Position numbers and translations under genes: made by a program. Under the pieces are notes generated by a model. It saw nothing but the letters and a program-made list of their open reading frames with translations, did no database searches and was not told the DNA's origin. DNA of 64,000 nt from Sphagnum compactum (Eukaryota). Position 1 is the first letter of the stretch, and the number at the start of each line of letters is the position of its first letter. Below, piece after piece: positions 52,156 to 64,000 of the stretch. The DNA lies in contig OZ234493.1 in assembly GCA_965153455.1 (NCBI GenBank), positions 23,550,213-23,614,212 of the forward strand. Reading direction: 5' to 3'.

Positions 52156-54921
52156 GTACCAAAGGCTTGTCAGGTTGGATCTGCCGTTGTGCTCCCCTAA
52201 TATAAAGTGCATTGAGAGACACATCATGTGGTCAAAGGAGATGCCACATTGAGGTGAATGCCACTTGACTCAGTTTGAAGTAAAAGAAGGTTTAATACTG
52301 TTTTGGGCCCTATTTTACTTGGTCCTTCCTGTCGTCTCTTGGTGTCTTCATTTAACTCATATAATTTGCCACTTTTCCCTTCTCACTCATATAGTTGAGC
52401 CAAAGGGGAGTGATTACACCTTCACATAGAAACTTCTATTTTGACAAATGTTTGTATATATATACATATACACATATAGGGTGATGGGCCAAGTTCCTTG
52501 CAAAAGGGAGAAAAAAAAGGAACTTAGGAGGCACCCATCTAATTATTAGAAGCAACAATAGATACCCATTAGTGTTGTTCAGATATAGATAAAACCATAT
52601 CTAAGAATTTTTTTAATGAGGAGAGGGATTTTTTTTTTGGTCTGTTACCATTGTGTTCCCATTGTGTTCCCATCAAGTTCACAACAGGTTCCCCAAGACA
52701 TTCCTGATATCACCTCAATTTTATCCCATATTGTTTGGACAGAGTTCAACTTTCTATAAATTGTAAAAATGGAAGCATAACAAAGCTTCTATTCTCTGGA
52801 GTGGGGGCCAAAGGGGTGCTACTATTGGGGACTGCCCATTATTCCAGAAAAATTGGTGATGGGCGAAATCAATGTGACTCCTTTAAAAGAAAAAAGAAAA
52901 GAAAGAAAAACTATGGATCACCTATGAACTTGATTAATTGGAACACACAATTTTTACACAACATTACCTTCATGGAAATAGTTCTTCTTTTGCCTTGACA
53001 TACTTGATCAAAGAGACTTGGGAATAGGTAAAGAAATATTGCAAGCAATCATGTTTGTGTCACCAAATTTTGACATAACATCAAATTCATTGAAGCAGGT
53101 TTTTTGCTTTTGGGAAATTGGGCAACAGGACCATTGTTTTAGTTCTTCTGGATACCTATGTTTATAAGATTGCTTTATCCTAAATAACATGGTTCTATAA
53201 AATCTCATTCAGTCACATATTTACACAAGTGGCAACATAAGTTGGATTACAAAGCTATATAACCCTGACATACCTGGGCATATAGTAACGGTGTGTATAT
53301 GAGCATGGAAGAACAGAACAGCCTGGTATCACCTGAGGCAAATATCAGCCTTCTACCTTATACCAGTGCCAAACTGGTAGGGACTTGAGATGATAATGCC
53401 AGTTTTATATCAGTTTTTGATACCAGGTTTATATGTTCATACCTACTTCATACCAGGTAAAAGTTACCCTTGGGCCCAATACCAGTCCAATACCAGCAAC
53501 ATGCTGATATGAAATTGTCAAAAGTGATCCAATACCAGTACCAGGCTGGTATGAAAGTGTACAATACCAGAACCCCATTTTTATGTGAAAAGGGACATAC
53601 GAGTACAACACTGGTTATAACAGTTTACTAATGCGTTTCCATTGTAAGATTTGCTGCAACACCTTAAGCTTGAGCGTGAGCATATACCACAGGTGAAACC
53701 AGCTTCTCTTTACCCTCATCGAACTATTCACCTTTTGGGGTTTTGCTTTTTATTCCTCTCTCTCTTTTTCTTCTCTTTGTCTTGACACAGGAACTTACAC
53801 CTTGTGAAAAAAGATTCGATGCAACCCATGTACTGTCTACATAACCATCTTGTGTTGGCTGACATTAAATCACATTTGGCCATTGGATTTTAAACCCATG
53901 CTCTAAAAACAACATTCTTGTTGATTTTTCTATTCCTTTGTGGACAAAATGCCTAGGGCTCTCGCTTTCTAGATTGTTAAACTGCTAGTACAAAAAACAT
54001 GTCTAGTTGCCAATGTACTGGAATACATGTGAGTGGGAAGAGGGTTCACGACAAAGTAGTTGTTACAAGTCTGAACAGGCTAAACCACAATGACCCAATG
54101 CATGTATGCTCATTAAAAGCCAAATTAAAATAGATATGTAGATGTGAAAATCTAGCCCCAATAGCTGAAATTGATGACAAACACATAGGGTTAGACTTTT
54201 ATGCACATGGCCAAGTTACAATTGGATTGCTAGTTGGGAATAAGGGCTATCGGTACATGGTACAAGAGACAAGGGTGATAGGTTTTTGGGATTTGCAAAT
54301 GAGGGCTTTTCAAAGATCGAATCTTACTAGCTTTCTTTTCATGGATGTTAAGCATAGAGTGGTGATCTTGATTTGGTTTCCGCAGAAACCCTATAAAGAA
54401 GTCTCACTGAACATATGAAAGCCCAAAACCCGCCAACAGACTAAATTATCTGAAAGGCATTATGAAAACCGCAAAGTTGAAAACCAGCCCATATTTTAAA
54501 CTATCTTAAAGAAGGCCAGAATCCAGACAGCTATTCTGATCTAAATCCATGCAATCAAGGCTGTCATTAGCATATGGTCTTCTTGTGAGAAAGAATGCCA
54601 ATGTTGTTGGTGTGGCCCAAAGGTCCCTCATTGTGTTGAATAAGTATTGTGCTTCCAGAGGAGTTAATGCACATGTGGAGTTCAAAGAGCCCCTCATTGA
54701 GTGAGGACAACTTTGGGCTTATGGAAGAGTTAATGGGCATGTGGATTAAGAGTCTTAGTAGATTTCACTCCAATAAGTTAACCCACTTTAAAATTCCATA
54801 TTGAACAGGTTTCATGAAATTTGAAGTCTATTAAAACACATATTTTGGTGAAGCCTGGAGCAAGGAAACAAGCAGAACTACCAAGAAATGAAGGAAGCAC
54901 TAAAACAGCAAAATATGAACC

Positions 54922-55298
54922 AATAAGTACCCCCAGCTTATAATGGGGGTGTTAGCCCAGGCGAGGAACAGTTTTGGAAATAGAAATTTCATGCAGTCAA
55001 TGGGAAGGCTCAGCATGCACTCAAAGTGCCTTGATTTTTTTTCTTTTAAGTTTTGGGTGGGGGGATTCTATTTTGGGGAGCCTTCAAAGTTTCAACTTTT
55101 TCTTGTGATGGGCCAATCAAATTGGCTCATTTATATAAAAAAAGGTTGAACTTGTAAGTCACCCCAACTAATTAATATGAAACAGAAAAATAAGTACCCC
55201 AAGTTTATAATGGGGGTTATTAGCCCAGGCCAAAAATGGTGATGAACAATTTTGGAAATAGAAATTTTTCATGCAGCCAATGGGAAGGCTCAGCATGC
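54922..55298. repeat. Two copies of a ~100-bp repeat (aataagtacccc...ttataatggggg..ttagcccaggc...caatgggaaggctcagcatgc); related motifs near 52480, 55819 and 62795
   Basis: Copies at 54922-55018 and 55189-55298. Confidence 0.75.
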
Positions 55299-55999
55299 TC
55301 AGAAGGTAGCTAGTTGGGTGGTTTTGTTTCATAACGTTGGAATGGATTATCAAAGATCATAGTTTTTATGGAAATGCATGGTTGCACCACATTTGGTGGA
55401 TATTCATGACATAGCTCAAATTTTTTTGAGCATTCCTCACCTGGGTCAAAAATTCAGAAAATATCAAAATAAATTGCAGTTGTTCACCATTATAAGTGCC
55501 TAGTGATTTTGATGGATCTTATCAAGATTTCCACTCAAATTTTGTACCTTTACATGCAAATAATGCCCATGCTTTTTGAGAAAAATTGTTGCAATGTGTA
55601 TAGTGTTACTATGAATAAAACTTTAGTTTCATATCACTCACACTTCAAAAGGTTTGTCCATTTTTTTTTGGACAGTTTTTGAGGAAGTTTTTTTCTTCTT
55701 GGGCCAATCAATGAATTTATTACATATGAAGTTGGCATTTGAACCCCATGACCCCCACTAATCTAATACAAAGATGAATAAAAATAGTTGGACTTTGGAG
55801 GCACCCCCAATGAAACAGAATAAGTACCCCAAAATATGACATATATCCAAAAGTTCTCACATCTAGTGGCCAAAATGGGGGGGTTTGGTGACCGCTGTCC
55901 AGTCATCCTCTGGCTGCACCCATTGGTCGATCGTAGTAACCACCTCTCATGAGCTTCCACCTGTACTTATTCCACCATCCTTTTCGGACAAATGCACGT

Positions 56000-58349
56000 G
56001 CGGGAGAGCCCCGAGAGCTGTACGCTAGCCGCCGAGTCTCCTGCGGCTTGCATGCCGTTATTGGCGAGTGGCCCACTCCAATTTCTTGTCGTGTGGCGTT
56101 GCAAATCTCACAGGCAAATATTTCTGGGGAAGAGAGCACGAGAGCAAACGAATCCGTGAAAAGAATAACCAATCCGGAGTGTTTTCCAGAAGGTGAAACT
56201 TTCATGGTGTCGAAGGTAAGTGTGTTTTTCTTTTGGGGTTGTATAGCACTTGTCCGGCCCCCATTCCCACCCTCGGGCAAAATCTCAACACCGTTCCTTG
56301 TTTCGTTCTGAATCCGACTTATAAGTAAGATTCATCATGTTGTTGCCGTGATTTTAAGAAATTAGAATTTAATTTGTGTTGGATCTGATCTTGTAGGATT
56401 TAGTGTTTTAGTGTGTGTAGTTTTTATTTAAAAATTCAGATCCTTATTTTTATTTTTTGGATCTGATATTGTGAGATTTTTAGTTTTGGTGTCGTGTTTT
56501 TGACATCTGTTGCGAAGATCTGTGAAAGGATTTGAGGGCCGTAATACCAACAAGTGCGCCGGAAAATGAAAACAAACTTCGTCGGTAAAAGGGCTTCTAG
56601 GTGGGGGGATGATGAACATGGCTGTTGGAAGACCCTCTCCTCCTTTGGCTGTAAAACTGCAGCTGGTGATTTTCCATAAACTGGCGCTCCGAAGGAGAGT
56701 AGATTCACATTTTCAGTTCCACTGTGTAAAATATCTTCAAGGTTGTCGACAGCTTCATCAAAAGTAGGAATTTTGATTTTGCTGAGATGGTAAATTTTTT
56801 TTCTGACACGATCCTCTGGGGTGAGTTGTACCGCATCCAAGATGGAGCATCTTTCTTGTCTGACTTGAATCATCAGCCATCTTTTGTCCCAAGAAGCATT
56901 CATGATTTTTTTGCTAAAAGCAGAAAACAAGCAGAGAAATAGAAAGCATCCTTGCAAATTAACAGGAAGCTCATCATCAAGAAGAACATCGAGGAGGAAC
57001 TCAGGCAGGTTCTGTGTTTCTGTCTTCTCTGAACCTTTGAAGACTAATAGGTATTAAGATCTCCTAAAGCACTGAAGAAAATTTGTAGTGTATGTGGAGG
57101 GCACCTTATATCCATGAATTTCCCTCCTATAAATTGGGAGGGACATTATGCCTACTTATAGGTGTAAGAACTGTCCCACTATTGAGGAGTAGGCATAAGA
57201 ACCCTCCCATTCATATGCCTCCTCGTGATCTATGTAGGTTTGGTTCATGATAAACTTTGCCTTGTGCTTTATGATAGGTAAAGCCCATGGGTGGGGGATA
57301 TTCCCAAAATGTGCCTTGTCCTAGGCCCCATATTTTGAGAATGCCCCCACCTTAGGGCGTTACCCTTCATGAGGATCTTCAAGAAGTTCCACATGGCAGA
57401 AGGACTTTTTGCCGCAGTTACTAAAGTGCGCAAGCTTTGATCTTCTTAGTCCGTTTATATACCATTCCGAGAAATACAAATCTGTGAGAAAATGTCTACT
57501 TCTTGACGTCATGGAAAGAAGTAGTGAGCGTTCTACAATGACAGTGTGCGTCTGCATGTGAACAGTTTTTACGTACATCTTTCTCCTAGTGTACGTGTCT
57601 TGTTGCGAAGCTCCTACCGGATCCGGAAGAGGAAAATCACGCCGTACAAACTCCTATATTCGGTGTCTGCAGCGGCGGGTCCCTCTTTTTCTTCTTCTTT
57701 GCATAAACAATGTGCCATGGCGACCGGATCTAGAGATAAGAAGGCATGGCCCTTGGCAGTTTGTCTTCTTGCCCGTGCGTCACCCTGCAGGACATCGCAT
57801 TGACCCGGTTCGTTCGATCGTCACTCACTTTGGCTTGCTTGGTCTCAGTGTAAAATGAATGCCCTATCCAATCACTGCATGATACTTCTCTGTCGATCCT
57901 TCCGCTTTTGGCTCCATTCATACTGTCTTGAGAGGCTAGATTGAACACGAGCATGTTACTCTTCTGCTACGATTTGCAACGTTTCACTGGTGCTGTTCGT
58001 TCTTACATACCTATAATTCCTCAGGAATACCTACTCTTTTTGTTCAGACAGAATTGTTTGCGAGCCTCCAGGTGTTAGGTTTTATGCTTCTTCTGACGAG
58101 AGCTTAGACAGTGGTGGCTTTTCGTTGCATTGGTAAGCCAAATTTTGTAGATGGCCTTGATTGCTAATATTAGGTTTGGATTATTCATCTTCACAGGCCA
58201 TTTGAAAGCATGCCTCCCCTCATTGCCATTCATTTATTATCTTGTAGAATTACAATGTTATTTGTATTTCTCTTGTGATTCAGGGACTCACGGATGGAAG
58301 AACCTGCAGTTATAGGGAACTCTGGCAGCAAAGAGCCACATTATAATGA
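56000..58349 (+). ncRNA. Possible spliced non-coding or short-ORF transcript, convergent with the mitoferrin gene
   Basis: GC-rich leader-like segment ending at strong donor AAG|GTAAGT (56215), followed by a T-rich intron-like tract. Further exon-like pieces lie at 56966-57008 and 58284-58349. No long coherent ORF found. Confidence 0.3.
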
Positions 58350-58761
58350 GGTACACAAGCATGAGTAGCACTGAGAGCATAATTCACAATTTCACTCCTA
58401 TGAAACAGATATGTTTGCACATGTTGCTTCGATTGGCAATTCCTGTGCAAAACTGTTGTGGTGAAACTAGCATATTGTCATCTGAATGCATTAGAGGCCT
58501 TCTACACGAGTTCCAGCAATTTACAACCCAAAGTAGTCTGGAGCATTTGATCTAAGCAAAATGTTTCCTCCACCTCTCAGGGATGGTAAATCCTTCCTGT
58601 TCAAATGATTGCTTTCAATCCAAATCAGCTGCTTGGGACCTTTCCTAGCAACATTAGCAGCAAGTATAAAGCACCCCGTTCTCTCTGGCTACTGGAGAAA
58701 CACAAGGAAAAGTTGGGATAGTTGGACAAGAGATTTAGGGTTTCTACAGCTAGCACTCTCT

Positions 58762-58965
58762 CTACAGACCTGCAAACACTAGGTACAAGACAATAGTCAC
58801 AAGACCAAGGCCAAGGAGGTATCTAAACATCAGGATAGTAGGTCTTCTGACCAAAGATGGCCGAACTCTCTTCAGGCTTGAATTTGGCAATCCTGCATTT
58901 GTTGTAGCTGGGTTGAAGCCTCGTTTGGATGACACGGGAAGTTTGATGATAAGATTCTTTCGCAT
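58762..58965 (-). CDS. Putative 67-aa ORF with C-terminal hydrophobic segment, in frame and directly after the mitoferrin stop
   Basis: TGA (58968-58966) is followed at once by ATG (58965-58963). The ORF ends in ...ILMFRYLLGLGLVTIVLYLVFAGL*. Confidence 0.3.
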   Translation of the reverse strand: MRKNLIIKLPVSSKRGFNPATTNAGLPNSSLKRVRPSLVRRPTILMFRYLLGLGLVTIVLYLVFAGL

Positions 58966-60721
58966 TCAGTCACAGTCAGAGAGAAATGATTTGCCAGCTT
59001 CATAAGTGGACCAGCAAATGGCAGCAGCTGGTGTGTGGAAGAGAACACGAGGTCGAAGCCCACGCAGCAAAGCTGAAAACCCTTCCTCTGCTACTATTCT
59101 ACGCACAGCATCTACAACTGAGCAGCTCATGAACCGCTGTGCCCCTGACACCCCCTGCCACTCCCTCACCAAGGTTCAAAACCCCTTCAGCCCTTCCATC
59201 CAATCTAGAAGCAGGTACAAAATGAAACTGAAAACACATGCATCGAGTAGTCGTTTGGATCCCTGTGGAGCTCTTAATCATAGACATGGTTCCTTCAGAG
59301 CTTCACATTGCTCCAATTTCACACAATTGAAGAAAATTTCCCTCCCTTTCTCTCTCTGTCTCAAATTTTCCATTCAGTTAGTGATTTGGTTCTTGATGAA
59401 AATTGCAATAGAATCACAACTTGCAACGACTCGGAAAATAGTCAGGCTTGACGTTCATCTACTCGAAGGACAAACTCCTTTGACAATGAAGAGAGCAATT
59501 TTCCTGATCTGGCGGTTCTATCAGGCATACTGATTTCATGCTTGTGCACTTTTCTCCTTGACTGATAAGTAAGAAATTCATAGTGTCAATCAACTGTCTG
59601 GCAAGGGCACTGCGATGTAAACAGAGCTTGCAGTAATGCTCTTGCTATCCTTCCCTCGCCGAAGACTGTTCTGAAGAGCTGAAATTACTATAAGAGAGAG
59701 TTTTCAGCCAAGAAATTGCCCCCTAAAAGTCCATTGGATCGTATCCACCGGGACGGTGTACCTGGCACTGAAGGCGGGTCTTAACAACGTCCAGAGGCGT
59801 GGTCACAGCGCTAGCGAGTGCTCCCGCAGCTCCACCTGCAGTCACGTGCACCAGTAAGTGCTCCTCGTCCACTTTGTCTGGCGATACCTCCATCAGCAGC
59901 TGGCATCACAAATGCGTTTTGCACAATTGAGAGGAGAATGATTGGAAAAACATCCTTGCTGCTGGTGATTCAAACACTTACACAATCCCCCTCCTAAGGA
60001 ATGTATAACTAAACACTTGCAAAGTGAAAATGGAATGGAAATCTACCTTTTTTGCAGCTTCATAGGATGCAAAATGTACAGCTGTGAAGGGAACATTCAT
60101 GACGACAGTAGTAGGGTACGAAGTATAGAAAGCTCCAAATCCTTCTACTCGAAGCATAGTCGCGATGCAATGCGTCAAACCCCTGTAGGGAGTGTGCTTC
60201 AGCTGCAATCTTTGCTTCACAACGTCCATGGGAGTGAAAACGGCATCACTGGCCACTGTTGCCAGCGCTCCTGCAGCCCCGTGTGCCAGAGGATGGTATC
60301 CTTTTTCATTTCCGCCCAACTTCTGCTTGCAAACTTCGTATACGGAGAAGTAAACAGCATGGGCAGGTCCAGCCCCTAGACCCATTGCTCCAATTCCTCG
60401 GTACAGTCCCACAGCCCCCTCTGATTTGACGATGGAAACCAGAGCCCTAGAGACTGTTGAGTGACGAGAACCACCAGCACTTGCTAACATCTGCATTCGT
60501 GTTTTCAGCGTATCAACGGGGAACATTGCCATGTGTTCCACCATTCCAGCGACAGAACCAGCAAGCATGTAATGGCCAAATTTAAGTCCATCGTGTAGCT
60601 CATTCTCTTTTGCTTGAGTGACGCTCTCATGCTTCGGAAAATTGGTCAGGTCTGCCTCATGGGCATAGCTTAACGGTGACAACAGATGCCTTTCTCGCAG
60701 ATCAGATGCTGTCTCAGCCAT
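58966..60721 (-). CDS. MIT1: Mitoferrin-type mitochondrial iron carrier (SLC25; MIT1/MIT2-like), 333 aa
   Basis: Exons 60721-60047, 59899-59762 and 59154-58966, all phase 0. Three carrier signatures: FPVDTLKTRMQ, TPMDVVKQRLQ and TPLDVVKTRLQ. Mitoferrin-type motifs AGMVEHMAMFP, GAGPAHAVYF and FHTPAAAICWSTYE. Probable 5'UTR intron at 60725-60902. MIT1 versus MIT2 cannot be resolved. Confidence 0.95.
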
Positions 60722-61406
60722 GCGCTATGCGACAGAAATTAAGTCGCTTGACTTTACCACCACCTCCACCTCTCTTCCCGGGTTACACTTGTTTCCAACT
60801 GGATAGCTCTAGAAGGAGCTTCTGGAGCGGAATCGCACGCCTACGTGCTCCTTGAAGGCTAAACACGCTGAATTGCATGCAAGATTGAGGGAACTTCTCT
60901 ACCTGTCCACAATTCCAATTGGTTCCAATTTCAGTACTGGAACAAAAATCTCATACAATGCATCTCTGCACTAGGTGTGATTCAGTAGAATACAGTCATA
61001 GATGTTCCTGATCTCCATTCTCAATTGGCACGGATGCAACCATCCTCCTGCTCTTCCCGTTCAGCTCTTTCTGCAGCCTCCTTCCTTGCTTTTGTTACTA
61101 GTGATTAAGTCCAGACATTCTTGTTCTATACATGGGGGAAGAGCCGAAAATCAATAACTAGTCTAGAGCTCAAAGCTTTACAAAACTTAGTTGCTGATGA
61201 GATCAGTACAAGATCCCCATAATAGCCTGTGAATTGACACTCTACAAGCTACCATCTGACCCGACAAACCAGAAAGGAGTATTGGAGACAGAGCAGAAGA
61301 TATACAAGTAACAACTCTCGCCGTGAGTTCTTTGCATTATAGAAAACAATGTATTTTACTTCTTGTGCAGTGACGCAGGCGGACGGGTGCAGACGAAGAG
61401 GGAGTA

Positions 61407-61460
61407 CAAAGAATCAACCTCCCTATAAAAGTGCAAAGAATCGACCTCCCTATAAAAGTG
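61407..61460 (+). repeat. 27-bp tandem duplication, each copy containing TATAAAAG
   Basis: caaagaatc[a/g]acctccctataaaagtg, two copies. Confidence 0.85.
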
Positions 61461-64000
61461 CAGGCCCTATAGCAAATCAGGTAAGTAAGCATTATTGCTT
61501 TTTCATTATGTTGAAATTCACAACCTCCCTTTTTTTCTTTGCAAACGGCATCATAATCAGCACTTTATTCAGAATCATCCACAAGAGTAGGAATCCCTGG
61601 GGCACCGTGTTATGTCTTCCTAAATAGTATTCCGTTTGTGGCTAAGATAACAGACCTTTTGCATCTGCCTTCAGCCTAGTAGCTAACATTACCAACTCAA
61701 TTGTATTGAATCACACTTGGCCAGAGTCATCCAACACCCGCCGGTCAGCCATGTATGAACCACCCACATGCATCCACCATGTGGCTTACTTACGTATAGT
61801 AACCAGTTACATTCCTCCCTACATGCCTATGATAGTTACCCCCTACCCTAGGTACCACAATGGCTGAAGCAAGAGTGGTCCAGATTTAACCCAGCAAATG
61901 CTAAATTTGGACTGAGGGACCCTAATTTAATCTTATGATGGGATATGTGCCATGGTCGAAAGCAACATAATAAAATTTATGGTTTTTAGTTTTTACTGTG
62001 GTGCCAGTGTAGGTGCTGGTTCACCCACAGTGAACCTACAAAACTTAGTTGTGGATTATCCACAATCGAGACAAAACAGTCACAGTGTCCCATTTTAATG
62101 AGCAAGCTTATATCATTGTTGAAAACTACAATGAGGATGCTTCTCTAATCCAGTGACAAAACGCATCCAGCATTGGATCACATATTTTGGAATGTAAGTG
62201 TAAGGTCCAAAACAGTTGTTCCCTAGGTGGCAGCAGATGCCCAGTGTTTCTTTGTTTTGGGGTTTTCACACTGGCAAGGGCTCCCTTGTTGTTTCGCCAA
62301 ATTAATAGTGAACGTAAAATCTTATTTCGGATGTAGTAGGTCTGAGCATGATCTGGAACACTGGATGTTCATCTTCAGGATTCGTTTGGAGGCTTAGAAT
62401 TATTGGAGGGACAAAAGCTTGTGGCCTCAAGCTAAAGATAACAGATGCATGATACCGAGAGCTTACGTATTTATCATTGTTTTAAGATGAGGGGGCTTTC
62501 CCTTCCAGATGAAAACACATGGGTATGTGTGCACTGACTGGGTCAGATTCTATGACGATTTTCTTTTGTTATTAAGTGAACCTTGAAGTCTTTGGTACTC
62601 AACTGCTTGAGTGAATGAAGCTTATGGGACCTTTATTGTATTTGGGTTCACCTAGAATAATGTATATATCTTTCAGCTTTCAAACTCTCATCTACAAAAT
62701 AATTAGTTAGTGTAACAAACCCTAGACACCTATAGTGTTATAGTGTGGGTCGTATTAATTAGGTGGGGCTGAGTTCCAAGTTCAGAGTCTCTTTCATTGG
62801 CCCATCACAATAAAAATCTGAAAACTTTGGAGACTCTCAATATTGGAGTATTTACTCCAAACACCTAAACATAAACGTCCCAGTATTTGCCCATGTATGT
62901 AAGTTCCAAGAGGACAACATTGGGCAAAGAATTTGGGACAAGTGAGGTGCAATTGGGAACATGTTGGGCAACACCTTGTGAAATTATGAAACATGTTGAG
63001 AACCCATTGGGACGATAGGAACGACAAAAAAACAAACGCTCTCCACTCTCCTCAAAAGAAAAAGGATCTGGGCCCCTTGCGTACATGCTGGCTTGTCTCA
63101 TTGGCTGCCAAGAATTTCTATGCTCTGAGTTCTTTATCTTTTTTCAATTGTTATTTTTTACCATTTTTTTAACCAGTTTGATGATGTTCTTTCCCATTTT
63201 TGGCATAGGCTAATGGCAGGGGCAGAATTGTGGGGACATGTTGTAACCAGTTTGGCCAAGACATTTCTGTGCTTGGTTACTCTGTTTTCAACACTAAATA
63301 TTCCATTGTCCCCAGTGGATGTGCTTACACACTCACTTGCAAAATGGTGTACCATGTGTGATTGTCTGCACATCACTAGTTGTAATTTCATATTGTCTTG
63401 CCAAAGAAACTTGACTTCAGAAATATTTTTCAATTCCGTGACAGGACTAGATTTCTGTGGATGTATTATCTCTTTTCATGTATAAATGGTTTATGTGATT
63501 TTCACAGTACCTGACAAAGATTTCAAAATTGTGAAATGTTATTCAATTGAATAATTGCAAAAGGCATATTTATATTTACTATGTAGGTCAAGAGTAGTGT
63601 TGTGCATGTAAATGCTTTTAGATTTACACTGTGTGTAAGTGTATAAAATTTGCTTAGAAAAGTGTATGTGTAAAACATTTACACTTGCATTGTTTTACAC
63701 TTTTTCTTACACTTAATTTTTTTTTTTAAATATTGTTTTACATTGCCATTTTTTCTATATATATATATATATAATTTGAATTATTTTATAAGTCTTAGAC
63801 TTTAATTTATCTTAACATTTATGTTGTTTTATGCTATCTAAGTGTAAAACAAGAATGTAAATAGAAAATTAAAGATTCATAACAAGCAAGCTCCTAAGCT
63901 TGCAGGTCAAACAACAGTTATGATGAGCAACGCACTACACACAACCTCAAGAAAAACTTGTTAAAAGTTATATCCTAGAGTTATCCCTTTTTACATTTAC

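Noticed and set aside
56436..56957. 173-aa minus-strand ORF
   Set aside because: Non-ATG start, no recognisable domain, and splice signals in this region favour the plus strand. Not excluded without a homology search.
57895..57905. 11-nt complement to the 18S rRNA 3' end (gatccttccgc), suggesting a U13-like snoRNA
   Set aside because: No convincing C/D boxes or terminal stem were found, and an 11-mer can occur by chance.
59006..59533. 175-aa plus-strand ORF
   Set aside because: It is an antisense shadow of the mitoferrin last exon and intron.
61905..61925. Partial resemblance to miR319 (ttggactgagggac)
   Set aside because: The match is incomplete, no long precursor stem was found, and it lies in repeat-like sequence.

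Overview
Eukaryotic nuclear DNA from a land plant, with spliced genes separated by AT-rich, transposon-littered spacers. A bryophyte (moss-like) source is my inference, not proven. Four protein-coding genes can be supported. (1) The 5' part of a minus-strand SAM-domain plus U1-type C2H2 zinc-finger gene that runs off the window start. (2) An ARM-repeat-only, PUB-like gene (21086-22160). (3) A 16-exon kinesin-8 of KIN8B type (42279-48717). (4) A 3-exon mitoferrin-type mitochondrial iron carrier (minus strand, 58966-60721). Mobile DNA is diverse: a full-length pogo/DDE_1 element with TIRs whose transposase is broken only by point nonsense changes, two hAT-type elements with 8-bp TSDs, a Sola1-like DDD transposase relic, Ty1/copia and CRE-like non-LTR fragments, MITEs and a foldback element. 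The most intriguing observations are an in-frame 67-codon ORF with a hydrophobic tail starting immediately after the mitoferrin stop (TGA-ATG), two tandem stem-loops inside a probable non-coding transcript convergent with mitoferrin, and a decayed U-box N-terminal-domain-like segment upstream of the ARM-only gene. All family assignments come from motif recognition by eye; no database searches were run.
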